Shown piece by piece: positions 29,694 to 40,642 of a stretch of DNA of 64,000 nt. Below the pieces are notes generated by a model. That model was not told the origin of the DNA and searched no databases. It saw only the letters and a list, made by a program, of their open reading frames with translations. The position numbers and the translations under genes are program-made. The first letter of the stretch is position 1, and the number at the start of each line of letters is the position of its first letter. The DNA is from Gammaproteobacteria bacterium. GTDB lineage: Bacteria > Pseudomonadota > Gammaproteobacteria > CBDBNL01 > JAAOII01. The DNA is taken from positions 640,001-704,000 of the forward strand of contig OZ242372.1 of NCBI GenBank assembly GCA_965209035.1, read 5' to 3'.

Positions 29694-32252
29694 TTAAGGA
29701 GAAGTCGGTAAGTTCTTGTCGTAGACCTCTATTTGATCGCCGGCACGCACATCTTTGTAGTCTTTAATGCCTATGCCGCATTCCACTTCTTTTTGGACTT
29801 CTTTGACATCTTCTTTAAATCTGCGCAGCGATTCGAGAACTCCTTGGTAAATGACTTTGTTATCACGCAGGACACGAATGGGTTTTTCTTTCAGGATCTT
29901 GCCTTCGATTACCATGCAGCCGGCTATCTGACCGTAAGTTTTTGCGCGAAATACTTCCTTCACTTCGGCAATGCCCAGTATCTTCTCCGTCCCGCGCAGC
30001 ATGGATTTTTCTTTAATGACGCGTTGCAATTCATTCCCCAGTTCGTAAATGACGCTGAAATACTGCACTCTTTCCACAAGATTGCGTTGCTTGATCAATT
30101 TCTTGGCCGCACTGTCCGGACGGACATTAAATCCGAGAATTAAGGCGTCGGTTGCTTCGGCAAGACTGACATCCGTGACATTGATCGCACCCGCGGACTT
30201 GGAAACAATATTCACTTCCAAGGAATTTTGGTCGTCCGCTTCGGCAATTACGGTATCCATCAAAGAGCCGATGGCTTCCAACGAACCCGAGACATCGGTT
30301 TTAAGAATTAAGTTGATCTTGGTAATGTGCGTTTGCTTGTCTTGCATAAACGCCACGGCGTCCGGCGCTCTCGGTCCGGATTGTGTGGTCTTTTTGGCAA
30401 GGTTTTGTTTTATTTCGGCAAGTTTGCGCGCTTCTTTCTCGGTCGCACAAACCAGGAAGGCATCGCCGGCGGACGGAACGCCGCTGAGACCGAAAATCTC
30501 CGCGGCTTCGGCCGGGCTGGCTTGCCCAATCGGTTTGCCTTGGTCGTCTCGCATAATTTTTATCCGTCCGTAGTGGGAGCCGCTGCTGATAATATCTCCT
30601 TTGTTGAGAACACCGTGACGCACCAGCAAGGTGGCGACGGTTCCCATGTTTTTGTCCAGACGGGATTCAAGCACTCTCCCTCTTGCGGGAATGTCCGTTG
30701 CGGCTTTTAAGTCCATGACTTCGGCTTGCACCAAAACGGACTGTAACAATTTGTCTATGTTGGTTCCTTCCTTGGCGGATATCTCCACGAACTGAACATC
30801 TCCGCCCCATTCCTCGGACTTAAGCCCGCGGGAGGCAAGTTCTTTGCGTATTTGCTCGGTATTCAAATCGGGTTTGTCTGTTTTTGTGAGCGCGACAACT
30901 ATCGGCTTTTCGGCAAGGGTGGCGTGCTTAATGGCTTCTTCTGTTTGCGGTTTGATGCCTTCGTCGGCCGCCACAACCAAAATGACGATATCGGTTACAC
31001 CGGCACCGCGCGCCCGCATGGCACTAAACGCGGCGTGGCCGGGCGTATCCATGAAAGTAATCTTTTGACCTTTTAGGTTGACCGTGTAGGCACCCAAGTG
31101 CTGGGTGATATTGCCCGCTTCGTTTTCCGCAAGTTTCGTTTTGCGGAGGTAGTCTAACAGGGTTGTCTTGCCGTGATCCACATGCCCCATCACTGTTACT
31201 ATGGGGGGGCGGGAGATCATCTTTGCATCGGCGGGAGGAGCATCAATGCGGCGTTCGGATATCTCTTCTTCGGTTTCCACCAATAACACCTTGTGTCCGA
31301 GTTCTTCCACCAAAAGCGATGCCGTATCCCGGTCCAGAAACCGTTCTTCCCCGACAGTATCCAGTTCGTCTTGCTTAATTTTTGCTTCAATTTTTTCGAC
31401 CTTTACCGCCAGTTGGGCGGCAAGATCTTCAAGGGCAATTTTGTCGCCCAAACGAATTTCTTTTTGTTTTTGAACGGCCGGTTTTACAAAGCCGTGCCTG
31501 GGAGCCACTTTAACACCATTGGCCTTGAACATCTCGCGCCGCAGGGATTGGGAGCCGGTGCGCGCACCGCCTTGTTTGTTCATCATTTCTTCTATCTCCG
31601 CGATATCGTCACTGGTGACACGAATGCCGTAACGCTGCACGGATTTGTCTATGATGGTTTGGATCTCTTGCGAGCGGGTGCGCTTGTTCTTTTTTTCTTT
31701 ACTTTGGGCCTGGGCTGCGTCACTCGCACCGGTCTTGACAGGATATTTTCGGACAGGTTTGGTTGCCGCTTTGGACGATATCGGGTAGGCGGGTCTGCCA
31801 CTTTTATTTGCTTCAAAAGAACTTCTATTTTTAAGGGGGTTTTTATTATTAAAGGATGTTTCCGGCCCTTTTGCGGAACGCATCGGTTTTTGGCCGACTC
31901 TTTGATATTCGCCGCTCTGGCGTCTTTGGGCATCCGCCGGGTTTTTGGCTGGAGTTTTTCCTCTGTTTTGACCGTGCGGTCCCGCCGAGGGCCGTGCCCC
32001 CCTTTGGAAACCGGGGCGTCCCTTATGCGGCGCGTTCTTATCGGGTGTTCTTCTTTTTAATTTTTGCTTGGGGCGGCTGAGTGCGCGGATAATTTTTTCC
32101 TTGTCTTTGTAATCCAAAAGGCTATCAACCGTATATTTGGTTAATCCGCCTTTGTGGATTCTTGCCAACAGGGAATTCGGATCCACTCTAACGCTCTCGG
32201 CAAATTCCTTGAGCGTTATCTTATCGGACATCGGCTGGCCTTCAGTCGGCAT
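29694..32252 (-). CDS. infB: Translation initiation factor IF-2
   Basis: RPPIVTVMGHVDHGKTTLLD, DTPGHAAF, SLRRFKEDVKEV..ECGI. Confidence 0.97.
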   Translation of the reverse strand: MPTEGQPMSDKITLKEFAESVRVDPNSLLARIHKGGLTKYTVDSLLDYKDKEKIIRALSRPKQKLKRRTPDKNAPHKGRPGFQRGARPSAGPHGQNRGKTPAKNPADAQRRQSGEYQRVGQKPMRSAKGPETSFNNKNPLKNRSSFEANKSGRPAYPISSKAATKPVRKYPVKTGASDAAQAQSKEKKNKRTRSQEIQTIIDKSVQRYGIRVTSDDIAEIEEMMNKQGGARTGSQSLRREMFKANGVKVAPRHGFVKPAVQKQKEIRLGDKIALEDLAAQLAVKVEKIEAKIKQDELDTVGEERFLDRDTASLLVEELGHKVLLVETEEEISERRIDAPPADAKMISRPPIVTVMGHVDHGKTTLLDYLRKTKLAENEAGNITQHLGAYTVNLKGQKITFMDTPGHAAFSAMRARGAGVTDIVILVVAADEGIKPQTEEAIKHATLAEKPIVVALTKTDKPDLNTEQIRKELASRGLKSEEWGGDVQFVEISAKEGTNIDKLLQSVLVQAEVMDLKAATDIPARGRVLESRLDKNMGTVATLLVRHGVLNKGDIISSGSHYGRIKIMRDDQGKPIGQASPAEAAEIFGLSGVPSAGDAFLVCATEKEARKLAEIKQNLAKKTTQSGPRAPDAVAFMQDKQTHITKINLILKTDVSGSLEAIGSLMDTVIAEADDQNSLEVNIVSKSAGAINVTDVSLAEATDALILGFNVRPDSAAKKLIKQRNLVERVQYFSVIYELGNELQRVIKEKSMLRGTEKILGIAEVKEVFRAKTYGQIAGCMVIEGKILKEKPIRVLRDNKVIYQGVLESLRRFKEDVKEVQKEVECGIGIKDYKDVRAGDQIEVYDKNLPTSP

Positions 32253-33765
32253 CTATTTGGCGCGCGGCGAGAATGATTTTTTCTCCCAATTCTGTTTCAA
32301 AACTTTCACCGAGCATTTTGTTCAACTCATCCAATGAACATTCCGCCAATGCCTTGCGTGTGAAAACTTTGTTGTCAATCAGGCAATTGGCAATATCATT
32401 ATTAATTCCTTCTATTTCTATCAATTCCTTCGTCGCCTCATAACGAAAAGCCTCGGACATCAGGTAATCGCTCGCTCTTTGGCAAAGTTCTTCCACCAAT
32501 TCTTCGTCAAAATCTTTGATGCGCAGCAACTTTTCCGTGGGAGCATATGCGATCTGTTGGATACTGGTGAACCCGCTTTCTATGAGATCCATGGCAATAT
32601 CGTCTTCCAAATCAAGAACCCGGATGTAAAAACTCTTGAGGGCTTCCAATGCTTGTTCGTGCTTTTCCTTGGCTTCGTCGGCACGCATCACATTAATGTC
32701 CCAGCCGATCAGCCGAACGGCCAAACGGACATTTTGACCGTTACGACCGAGAATTTCACCGATGTTATCCGCATCGGCGGCAACGTCTATGTTGCGGTTG
32801 GCGGTGTTAATGGTAACCGCAATAATGTTGCGGTTGGCAAGAACATTTCGCACAAGTTGTTCGGGCGAATCACTCCATTCCAGAATATCCACTTTTTCGC
32901 CGCGCAGTTCTTCTTCCACCGCTTGGACGCGTTTTCCTTGCATGCCGATACACGCACTCATCGGGTCAATCCGTTTGTCTTTGGCACGCACCGCCACCTT
33001 GCATCTGAGGCCGGGAAGACGCGCAATTGCACGAATTTCAACAATTTGCTGGGCAACTTCGGGCACCTCGCGGACAAAGAGACCGCGGATCATGTTATCG
33101 CTGGTGCGGCTGAGATAGAGTTGATGCATGCTTTTTTCGGCGTCAACAAGTTCCAGTACCGCGCTAATGTCGTCATCGGGATAATACTTGTCCTGTGGCA
33201 GCATGGCATCTTGCGGCAAAATGGCTTCCACTCGCTCGTTGAGAAGAACGATGATGTCGCCCGTTCTTGTGATGCGTTTGACCACCCCGGAAAGGACCTT
33301 GCCGAGTTTGGGGCGGTAGTCTTCCACCAGTTGTTTTCTTTCGGCTTCGCGCACCTTTTGCATAATTAAATGCTTGGCGGTTTGAATGGCGATTCTGTCA
33401 AACTCTATGCCGGGAATTTCTTTGAATTCAAGGTTTGGATTTGGTGAGGTCTCAGCATTGTCAGGGTTGGGGTCAGGGTTGGGGTCAAGGTCGGGTTCCG
33501 TATCGGAAGTTTCGGTTTCCGGTGCGGGCACTTTTTCTTCCCTCGCCGGTTCCTCCGCATCCTCTTCGATCACCGCTTGCCATATGGTGTAATAGCCGTT
33601 TTCTTTGTCAATACTCACTTTTATTGTTTCGTGGGGACAATGCAGCTGTTTGCTAACGGCTCCGGCAATGGCGTACTCAAGCGCACCGGCAATAGCTTCT
33701 TTGTCCAATCCCTTTTGTTGTGAGAGGACATTAATCATTGAGATCACTTCTTTTGGATTCATCAT
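32242..33765 (-). CDS. nusA: Transcription elongation factor NusA
   Basis: FDRIAIQTAK, S1/KH domains (ACIG..G.RVQAV..EL.GEKVD, G.NGQNVRLA), acidic C-terminal repeats. Confidence 0.96.
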   Translation of the reverse strand: MMNPKEVISMINVLSQQKGLDKEAIAGALEYAIAGAVSKQLHCPHETIKVSIDKENGYYTIWQAVIEEDAEEPAREEKVPAPETETSDTEPDLDPNPDPNPDNAETSPNPNLEFKEIPGIEFDRIAIQTAKHLIMQKVREAERKQLVEDYRPKLGKVLSGVVKRITRTGDIIVLLNERVEAILPQDAMLPQDKYYPDDDISAVLELVDAEKSMHQLYLSRTSDNMIRGLFVREVPEVAQQIVEIRAIARLPGLRCKVAVRAKDKRIDPMSACIGMQGKRVQAVEEELRGEKVDILEWSDSPEQLVRNVLANRNIIAVTINTANRNIDVAADADNIGEILGRNGQNVRLAVRLIGWDINVMRADEAKEKHEQALEALKSFYIRVLDLEDDIAMDLIESGFTSIQQIAYAPTEKLLRIKDFDEELVEELCQRASDYLMSEAFRYEATKELIEIEGINNDIANCLIDNKVFTRKALAECSLDELNKMLGESFETELGEKIILAARQIDAD

Positions 33766-33770
33766 TTTTC

Positions 33771-34283
33771 TTATTTCTTAAAAAGACCGGTGTAATCCGG
33801 TTCAAGTTGTCCTTTTTCAATATGAACATGCATTAATTGATATAGTTTTTGCTCCCGTTGAAGCGCATCGGATTCGCGCAGGCTCAGAGTATTCTCGTCA
33901 CTGGCGATCAAACAACCCAGAAAGTTGCGTTGTCCGTCAATCGGCACTCTGGTGCGAACTCGGATTTGTTTGCCGATATAGTCCGTGTATTGCTGCGGTT
34001 GAAAAAATTTACGCGCAAGGCCGGGCGAAGAGACTTCCAGCACATAATTTTCTTCTCTGAGACACAAACTCAGTTGGCGGTTAACTCGGGCACAGTCTTC
34101 AACACTGATGCCGATGTTTGACTTTTTGGCGTCCAAGATGTCTATATACACCCGGACCAGACAAGAAAATCTGCCGGGAATGACTTCCATACCCCACAGA
34201 ATATAACCCAGAGAGCGAACTTCGTCCGCCACCAAATTATTTAACTCCATATTTACTTTGTTTATCATATAAAAAAGACACAT
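33771..34283 (-). CDS. rimP: Ribosome maturation factor RimP (start probably 34268 or 34250)
   Basis: RVYID..GISVEDC, Y.LEVSSPG. Confidence 0.93.
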   Translation of the reverse strand: MCLFYMINKVNMELNNLVADEVRSLGYILWGMEVIPGRFSCLVRVYIDILDAKKSNIGISVEDCARVNRQLSLCLREENYVLEVSSPGLARKFFQPQQYTDYIGKQIRVRTRVPIDGQRNFLGCLIASDENTLSLRESDALQREQKLYQLMHVHIEKGQLEPDYTGLFKK

Positions 34284-34425
34284 TTATCTAAAATATCTGT
34301 CATAGAATGACCGAGTAATAGTTTATCACAATTATGATTCCAAAATCACTTTCCGGGTTATGAATCGGAGAATATGCGAACCTCCGCGGCGATGCTCTCA
34401 ATGAATCGGGTAAGAATCGGGGGAA

Positions 34426-35073
34426 ATGACGACGAAGCGCGCGGATCCCTTTCGTAAAAAAGCGATAATTGAAGGTTATCGTTCCCGGGCTGCCTATAAA
34501 TTGATGCAAATAGACGATAAATACCATGTTCTTGCCGGGTGTCGGGGTATTGTGGAACTGGGTGCCTATCCGGGAGGATGGACACAGGTGATTTTGCGGC
34601 GCGCATCTACGGCATTGACGGTGACATGCGATAAGATTGCGACCGGACCGGAACATATGGCGGAATTGAGGCAGATGACAGACAAGACGCGCCTTGTCAC
34701 GATTTGCGGTGATTTTAGAAGAGCAGAAGTCCGAAAGGAAATTACCGGGCATATCGGCTCTGTTCCGATTGATCTTGTTTTATCCGATATGTCGCCCAAC
34801 ATCAGCGGTAACCGTTTGAGAGATCAGGCCGGAATACGCGAACTGGCAACGGATGCTCTGACATACGCAACGAGCATTCTGGCCGGCGAGCGCGGCGCGT
34901 TTTTGATCAAATTTTTTCAGGGCGAAGAGATGAATGATTTTGTCGCACAAGTGCGCGCGCATTTTCGAGTTCTGAAGATCATCAAGCCCGGCGCGTCCAA
35001 AAAAGAATCAGCGGAAGTTTATGTGCTGGGTAATCGTTTTGTTGGCGGAAATCACGGCAAGGTGAGTGAATAG
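34426..35073 (+). CDS. rlmE: 23S rRNA U2552 2'-O-methyltransferase
   Basis: GYRSRAAYKL, LGA.PGGW, VLSDMSPNISG, K.FQG, S.EVY; precedes ftsH. Confidence 0.95.
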   Translation: MTTKRADPFRKKAIIEGYRSRAAYKLMQIDDKYHVLAGCRGIVELGAYPGGWTQVILRRASTALTVTCDKIATGPEHMAELRQMTDKTRLVTICGDFRRAEVRKEITGHIGSVPIDLVLSDMSPNISGNRLRDQAGIRELATDALTYATSILAGERGAFLIKFFQGEEMNDFVAQVRAHFRVLKIIKPGASKKESAEVYVLGNRFVGGNHGKVSE

Positions 35074-35084
35074 TCGGTGTCGAG

Positions 35085-35114
35085 TTGCACAGAGGAGCCG
35101 TTATGTGTTAAAAT
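35085..35114 (+). promoter_or_regulatory. Putative sigma70 promoter of ftsH
   Basis: TTGCAC-18 bp-TAAAAT with TGn extension, 6 nt before the ATG. Confidence 0.5.
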
Positions 35115-35120
35115 AAATGT

Positions 35121-37073
35121 ATGATGAGAAACATTCTTTTGTGGCTGATGATTGCCACTTTTTTGGCGGCGGTGTTTGGAAACGGATTGCAACTGACCCG
35201 GATGACCAATAATAATAAGGTTACATATTCCACTTTTATTAGAGAAGTCAATCAAGGGGCTGTGGCAACCGTTACAATAGACGGCTATACGATTCGCGGT
35301 GAGTATACCAACGGCGATGCTTTTATCACGACGCGGCCGGCGGCTCAGGACGGGCAGTTAATGGAAGACTTATTTCGCAATAATGTCGAAATTAAGGGAG
35401 TGGAACCGCAAAGACAAGGGTTTTTACGCCAGTTGCTATTGGCGGCATTTCCCGTTCTTCTTCTTTTTGGTATCCTGTTTTTGGCGATGCGCAGCTTGCA
35501 GGGACGCGGCGGCATGATGGGAGGGAATAACCCGACCTCTTTTGGACGAAGTCGCGCGCGGATGCTCAACAAAGAAGATGTGAAAACAACCTTTAAAGAT
35601 GTGGCGGGAATAGAAGAAGCCAAGGAAGAGGTCAGCGAATTGGTGGACTTTTTACGGGATCCGGGGAAGTTTAGTCGGTTGGGCGCGCGCATTCCGAGAG
35701 GCGTTTTGATGTGCGGGCCGCCGGGGACCGGCAAGACTTTGTTGGCACGCGCCATTGCGGGAGAGGCGGATGTTCCCTTTTTTAGTATTTCCGGTTCGGA
35801 CTTTGTGGAGATGTTCGTCGGGGTGGGGGCATCGCGCGTTCGGGATATGTTTGCTCAGGCAAAAAAACAATCTCCTTGTATTATCTTCATAGACGAAATT
35901 GATGCGGTGGGACGGCACAGGGGTGCCGGGCTAGGCGGCGGACATGACGAACGGGAGCAAACTCTCAATCAACTGTTGGTGGAGATGGACGGTTTTGAGG
36001 GTAAGGAGGGAATCATTATCATTGCCGCCACCAACCGACCGGATGTTTTGGACCCGGCACTTTTGCGTCCCGGACGGTTTGACCGACAGGTCATTGTGCC
36101 GCTGCCGGATGTGGCGGGGCGAACGGAGATCCTTAAGGTGCATCTGGAAAAAATTAAAAAAGAAACCGATTTGGATCCGGCCATGATTGCCCGCGGGACA
36201 CCCGGGTTTTCCGGGGCGGATTTGGCCAATCTGGTCAATGAGGCGGCATTGTTGTGCGCGCGCGCAAAAAAGAATAAGGTGGGAATATCCGAATTGGATC
36301 AGGCCAAGGATAAGATCATGATGGGCAGGGAGCGGCGTTCTATGGTTATGAGCGAAGATGAAAAAAAATTGACCGCTTATCACGAGGCAGGCCATGCAAT
36401 TGTCGGGCTGAGTGTGCCGGAGCATGACCCAATTTACAAGGTGACCATTATTCCGCGCGGGAGAGCCCTGGGGGTGACGATGTTCTTGCCGGAGCGAGAC
36501 AAATACAGTATGAGCAAGAACGCACTTTTAAGCCAACTGTGCAGCCTTTACGGCGGTCGGGTTGCCGAAGAATTGGTTTTTGGGAAAGAGCAAATTACGA
36601 CCGGGGCATCCAATGACATAGAGCGTGCCACAGATATGGCGCGGTCGATGGTTACAAAATGGGGACTCTCCGAGGAATTGGGACCGCAGAAATATGACGA
36701 GGATAACGATTCGGTGTTTCTGGGAAGGCGAGCCGCGGTTCAATCGCAACTGCAAATTTCGCAGGAGACTAGCAAGAAGATAGACGCCGAAATTCATAAA
36801 ATTCTTTCGCAATCCTATCAAAGGGCAAAAACAATATTGCAAGATAAAATCAATATCTTGCACTTAATGGCACGGAGTTTGATGAAATACGAGACGATCA
36901 ATCACGAACAGATTCAGGTGATCATGACGGGCAAGAACCCACCACCGCCACCAAGTTGGAATGATCGCGGGACGGGAACAGGCAAGAAAAAGACCCGCAA
37001 AAAGAAAAAAAGCGAAACCGGTCCGACTTCTTTGGCGGGAGGCTCTTCTTTGGCGACAGGAAATACGCCATGA
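35121..37073 (+). CDS. ftsH: ATP-dependent zinc metalloprotease FtsH
   Basis: Two TM segments, [24 protein letters not shown]. Confidence 0.98.
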   Translation: MMRNILLWLMIATFLAAVFGNGLQLTRMTNNNKVTYSTFIREVNQGAVATVTIDGYTIRGEYTNGDAFITTRPAAQDGQLMEDLFRNNVEIKGVEPQRQGFLRQLLLAAFPVLLLFGILFLAMRSLQGRGGMMGGNNPTSFGRSRARMLNKEDVKTTFKDVAGIEEAKEEVSELVDFLRDPGKFSRLGARIPRGVLMCGPPGTGKTLLARAIAGEADVPFFSISGSDFVEMFVGVGASRVRDMFAQAKKQSPCIIFIDEIDAVGRHRGAGLGGGHDEREQTLNQLLVEMDGFEGKEGIIIIAATNRPDVLDPALLRPGRFDRQVIVPLPDVAGRTEILKVHLEKIKKETDLDPAMIARGTPGFSGADLANLVNEAALLCARAKKNKVGISELDQAKDKIMMGRERRSMVMSEDEKKLTAYHEAGHAIVGLSVPEHDPIYKVTIIPRGRALGVTMFLPERDKYSMSKNALLSQLCSLYGGRVAEELVFGKEQITTGASNDIERATDMARSMVTKWGLSEELGPQKYDEDNDSVFLGRRAAVQSQLQISQETSKKIDAEIHKILSQSYQRAKTILQDKINILHLMARSLMKYETINHEQIQVIMTGKNPPPPPSWNDRGTGTGKKKTRKKKKSETGPTSLAGGSSLATGNTP

Positions 37074-37257
37074 AGGATCTCACCTACTTTTCTTACTCTT
37101 AATAAAATTTTTTAAGGTTTCACCGGGCGGGCGGCTACCCGTATGCTATCAGCTGCTCGTTTATTCCCCTTCCCGTACCGGTCGGGGGTTATTTTGTTGA
37201 CGACTTAAACAGAAGGACCTCTTGCCTTGAGAGGTTAAATCATTTATTTTTTGCGGT

Positions 37258-39219
37258 TTACTTACGGTTGCTTGCGGTTTGTTTGTGGCTTTTGATGAGA
37301 TCATCCACAACGGAGGCGTCGGCAAGAGTGGATGTGTCTCCCAGTTCTTCGTGTTCGCCCGTTGCAATTTTGCGGAGAATGCGGCGCATGATTTTACCCG
37401 AGCGGGTTTTGGGCAGTGCGGGTGTCAACAGCAGAATATCCGGTTTGGCAATCGGGCCAATTTGCTCGCGCACAGTTTGAATTAATTCTTCTCGCAGAGA
37501 ATTGGTGGGTTCCGCTCCCAATACCGGAGTAACATACGCATAAATACCCTGCCCCTTTATCTCGTGCGGAAAGCCGACCACGGCTGCTTCCGCCACCGCC
37601 GGATGGGCCACCAAGGCACTTTCTATTTCGGCTGTCCCCAGTCTGTGGCCGGAAACATTAATGACATCGTCCATACGCCCGGTAATCCAATAGTAACCGT
37701 CTTTGTCGCGTCTTGCCATATCACCGCTAAAATAGTAGTTTTCAAAAGTACTGAAATAGGTTGTCACAAAGCGTTCGTGATTGCCGTATATGGAGCGGGC
37801 CTGACCGGGCCAGGAGTCGCTGATCACCAGAGCGCCGTTCGCTTCGCCGGTCTGTTCCTCTCCTTTTTCATTCAATAATGCGGGCCGGACGCCGAAAAAC
37901 GGCAGGGTCGCCGAGCCGGGCTTTAAGGGGGTGGCTCCGGGCAAGGGTGTTATCATATGACCGCCGGTTTCGGTTTGCCACCAGGTGTCCACTATGGGAA
38001 GTGTGTTGTTGCCCAATACTTTGCGATACCAACGCCAGGCTTCCGGGTTGATTGGCTCGCCCACTGTTCCGAGGACCTTAAGACTCTTGAGAGAACATTT
38101 TTCATATATTTTGTCCCCTTCGCGCATCAAGGCGCGGATCGCCGTCGGTGCCGTATAAAACGATGCGACCTTGTGTTTGTCGATGATCTCGCCCCAGCGT
38201 GCGGAAGTCGGATAGTTGGGCAGGCCTTCATACATTAAAGTGATCGCGCCGTTGGCAAGTGGTCCGTAGACAATGTAACTGTGGCCGGTAACCCATCCCA
38301 CATCGGCACCACACCAATAGACATCGCCGTCATGATAGTCAAAAGTATATTGATGCGTGATGGAACACCATACCAGGTAGCCGCCAATGGTATGCATTAA
38401 TCCCTTGGGCTTGCCGGTAGAGCCGGATGTATAAAGAATAAAAAGAGGGTCTTCCGCATTTAGAGGCTCCGGTGGGCAGTCCGCACTTTGTTCGGCAATC
38501 AGCTCGTGATACCAAACATCATTAATAGTATGGCCCGCGCGAAAAGGAATGTCGGCGTTTGTTGCCCGGACGACCAGGGTGTGCTTCACTGTTTTGGTTT
38601 TTTCCAGAGCCCTGTCCACATTTTGTTTGAGCGGAATACGTTTGCCACCGCGCACACCTTCGTCCGCGGTAATCACCAGGTTGCTGTCGGAATCATTGAT
38701 GCGTCCGGCCAGGGCTTCGGGCGAGAACCCGCCAAAAACAACCGAATGGATGATCCCCAGTCTGGCACAGGCAAGCATGGCGACAGCGGCTTCGGGGATC
38801 ATTGGCATGTAAATGGTGGCAACATCTCCTTTTTTGTAGTTAAGCGATTTTAGACCGTTCGCCAGTTTGCATACCTCTGCGTGCAATTCTTTGTATGTGA
38901 GAGTCGCGTCTTTGTCGGGTGTGTCTCCCTCCCAAATGATGGCGACCTGATCGCCGCGTTTTGCCAGATGTCGGTCCAAACAATTATGGCATGCGTTAAG
39001 GACGCCGTCTTCAAACCATCGGATGTCTACCTTGTCGCGTTGAAACGATGTGTTCTTAACCTTGCCGTAAGGTTTAAACCAGTCCAATCGTCTGCCTTGC
39101 TCGGCCCAAAATTTTTCCGGGTCCGCCAAGGAAGCGGCGTACATCTCTTTATATTTCTTTGCGTCTATCCAGGCCTTTTTTGCCAAAAGGGCATCCGGTA
39201 AGTAAATGTTTTGACTCAT
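37258..39219 (-). CDS. acs: Acetyl-CoA synthetase
   Basis: [46 protein letters not shown]. Confidence 0.97.
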   Translation of the reverse strand: MSQNIYLPDALLAKKAWIDAKKYKEMYAASLADPEKFWAEQGRRLDWFKPYGKVKNTSFQRDKVDIRWFEDGVLNACHNCLDRHLAKRGDQVAIIWEGDTPDKDATLTYKELHAEVCKLANGLKSLNYKKGDVATIYMPMIPEAAVAMLACARLGIIHSVVFGGFSPEALAGRINDSDSNLVITADEGVRGGKRIPLKQNVDRALEKTKTVKHTLVVRATNADIPFRAGHTINDVWYHELIAEQSADCPPEPLNAEDPLFILYTSGSTGKPKGLMHTIGGYLVWCSITHQYTFDYHDGDVYWCGADVGWVTGHSYIVYGPLANGAITLMYEGLPNYPTSARWGEIIDKHKVASFYTAPTAIRALMREGDKIYEKCSLKSLKVLGTVGEPINPEAWRWYRKVLGNNTLPIVDTWWQTETGGHMITPLPGATPLKPGSATLPFFGVRPALLNEKGEEQTGEANGALVISDSWPGQARSIYGNHERFVTTYFSTFENYYFSGDMARRDKDGYYWITGRMDDVINVSGHRLGTAEIESALVAHPAVAEAAVVGFPHEIKGQGIYAYVTPVLGAEPTNSLREELIQTVREQIGPIAKPDILLLTPALPKTRSGKIMRRILRKIATGEHEELGDTSTLADASVVDDLIKSHKQTASNRK

Positions 39220-39330
39220 AAATAATCTCCTTTTTTGTTTTGTTTATTAGTATCAATTTATTTCGGTTATTTTACCAAAATTTTTTTGGTTTTGCCCTAT
39301 TTTTGAATATGGTCTTGCTGTCTCTTTTTG

Positions 39331-39465
39331 ATGCATAGTCTCATAAAGGTTCTGGACTCTGAGTTTGGTATTGTGCGTCCTCAGATCAAGCAGCCGGAGG
39401 TTCTGTCGGACGGGTCGAAAATAGATCCGGCAACGGGTCTTCGGTATGTGGAGCTAGATGAATGA
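39331..39465 (+). CDS. Putative 44-aa peptide encoded at the IS left end (copy 1)
   Basis: MHSLIKVLDSEFGIVRPQIKQPEVLSDGSKIDPATGLRYVELDE; 3 of 4 non-IR differences from copy 2 are synonymous. Confidence 0.45.
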   Translation: MHSLIKVLDSEFGIVRPQIKQPEVLSDGSKIDPATGLRYVELDE

Positions 39466-40630
39466 AACGGGCAAGAAGGACGGATAGCTGTTTTGCTCTC
39501 ACCGCCGCAGACAGCGGAGGCTTGTTGTTGATAAAACTGTCTAGGTGTATCCGCTGGCGAGACGGTACGGTTTGTGAGGGCAGCCGGACTGCACATTGGA
39601 AATGAGAGGAACACGTTTACGCTACATTGGTTATCGCGTGCGCGGTTTCAATAAAATGGTGGTTTTAGCAAACAAATATTCAAACATGTCTAAAACCACC
39701 AAAATCAAACTGGACACCTTAGCGTTCGCGCGCAAACATGGTGTCGCGGCGGCGCTGGATCATGCCGGGATCAGTCGTGCTACATTCTACGAGTGGCAGC
39801 GGCGTTTCCGTGAAGGCGGGGTCGATGAACTGGCGAACAACTATGGGTATCAGCCCAAGCGGTCCAACACCTGGCCACCGGCACTGATTGACAAGATCCG
39901 GTCTTGGCGACAAGAGCGACCGAATATCGGTCCCAATAAACTGGTCTGCTTGTTACCCGAATGGTGCCAGCAGCAGGGGCTGCCGGCACCCAGCCGGTCA
40001 ACCATTGCCCGCATCATCGCTGATGCACCGGGTAAGATGCGGCACCAGTCATCGCTGACCGAGCAGAAGAACCCGCGGCAAGGTGCTCCTCGCGAGCGCA
40101 AGGACATCTGCTTTGTTGCGGGCCGGAGAGGTGAATGTGTTGCCTTTGATACGCTCGTCCGCATCGTCGATGGCCGGCGCTTTTATTGGCATGTCGGCAT
40201 TGACCTATTTTCCCGCTTCTCACTGGTCAGTGTCGACACCTCCGCTGCTTCGGCCAGTTCCGCCCGGCTCTTTACCGCCATGCAAAACATACTCGGCACT
40301 CGGATCGAAAAAGTCCTCACCGATAATGGCAGTGAGTTCGCCAAAGACTTTCACCGGATCGTGACCGCAAACGGCAGCACCCACTGGTATACTTATCCAA
40401 GGAAACCGCAAATGAATGCACACTGCGAACGGTTTAATCGCACTCTCTGGGAAGAGTTCGGTTGTCATATGCGGCATCTCTTGGTTAAGGATATGCCGGC
40501 ATTCAACGCCAAACTCATCGAGTGGTTGGCTTGGTATAATCTTGAACGTCCCCATTATGCTCTCAAACAACTCTCGCCGATCCAATTTTTGCAAAAACAA
40601 CAAAAGTCCAGAAATGGGTGGGACCATACA
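39332..40630 (+). mobile_element. IS481-family insertion sequence, copy 1 (~1299 bp)
   Basis: Imperfect terminal IRs: left TGCATAGTCTCA..TTCTGGACT, right (reverse complement) TGTATGGTCCCA..TTCTGGACT; single DDE transposase. Confidence 0.88.
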
Positions 40631-40642
40631 ATTTGTGCATGA
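39602..40642 (+). CDS. IS481-family DDE transposase (copy 1)
   Basis: HTH (ISRATFYEW), second HTH (PSRSTIARII), D (AFDT), D (TDNGSEF), E (ERFNRT), YN.ERPH; stop lies beyond the right end. Confidence 0.92.
   Translation: MRGTRLRYIGYRVRGFNKMVVLANKYSNMSKTTKIKLDTLAFARKHGVAAALDHAGISRATFYEWQRRFREGGVDELANNYGYQPKRSNTWPPALIDKIRSWRQERPNIGPNKLVCLLPEWCQQQGLPAPSRSTIARIIADAPGKMRHQSSLTEQKNPRQGAPRERKDICFVAGRRGECVAFDTLVRIVDGRRFYWHVGIDLFSRFSLVSVDTSAASASSARLFTAMQNILGTRIEKVLTDNGSEFAKDFHRIVTANGSTHWYTYPRKPQMNAHCERFNRTLWEEFGCHMRHLLVKDMPAFNAKLIEWLAWYNLERPHYALKQLSPIQFLQKQQKSRNGWDHTICA

Noticed and set aside
32479-33369. Long antisense ORFs (296 aa opposite nusA; also 4801-5574 and 31293-32060)
   Set aside because: Shadow ORFs of well-conserved genes, with no motifs
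39288-39301. GGTTTTGCCCTATT upstream of acs resembles the outer edge of the 28-bp IR
   Set aside because: Only ~13 bp, low complexity, and opposite orientation relative to the genes; compatible with chance
39381-39614. 77-aa antisense ORF present in both IS copies (also 40685-40918)
   Set aside because: Conservation follows from the duplication, there is no recognisable motif, and the plus-strand frame is the more protein-like one
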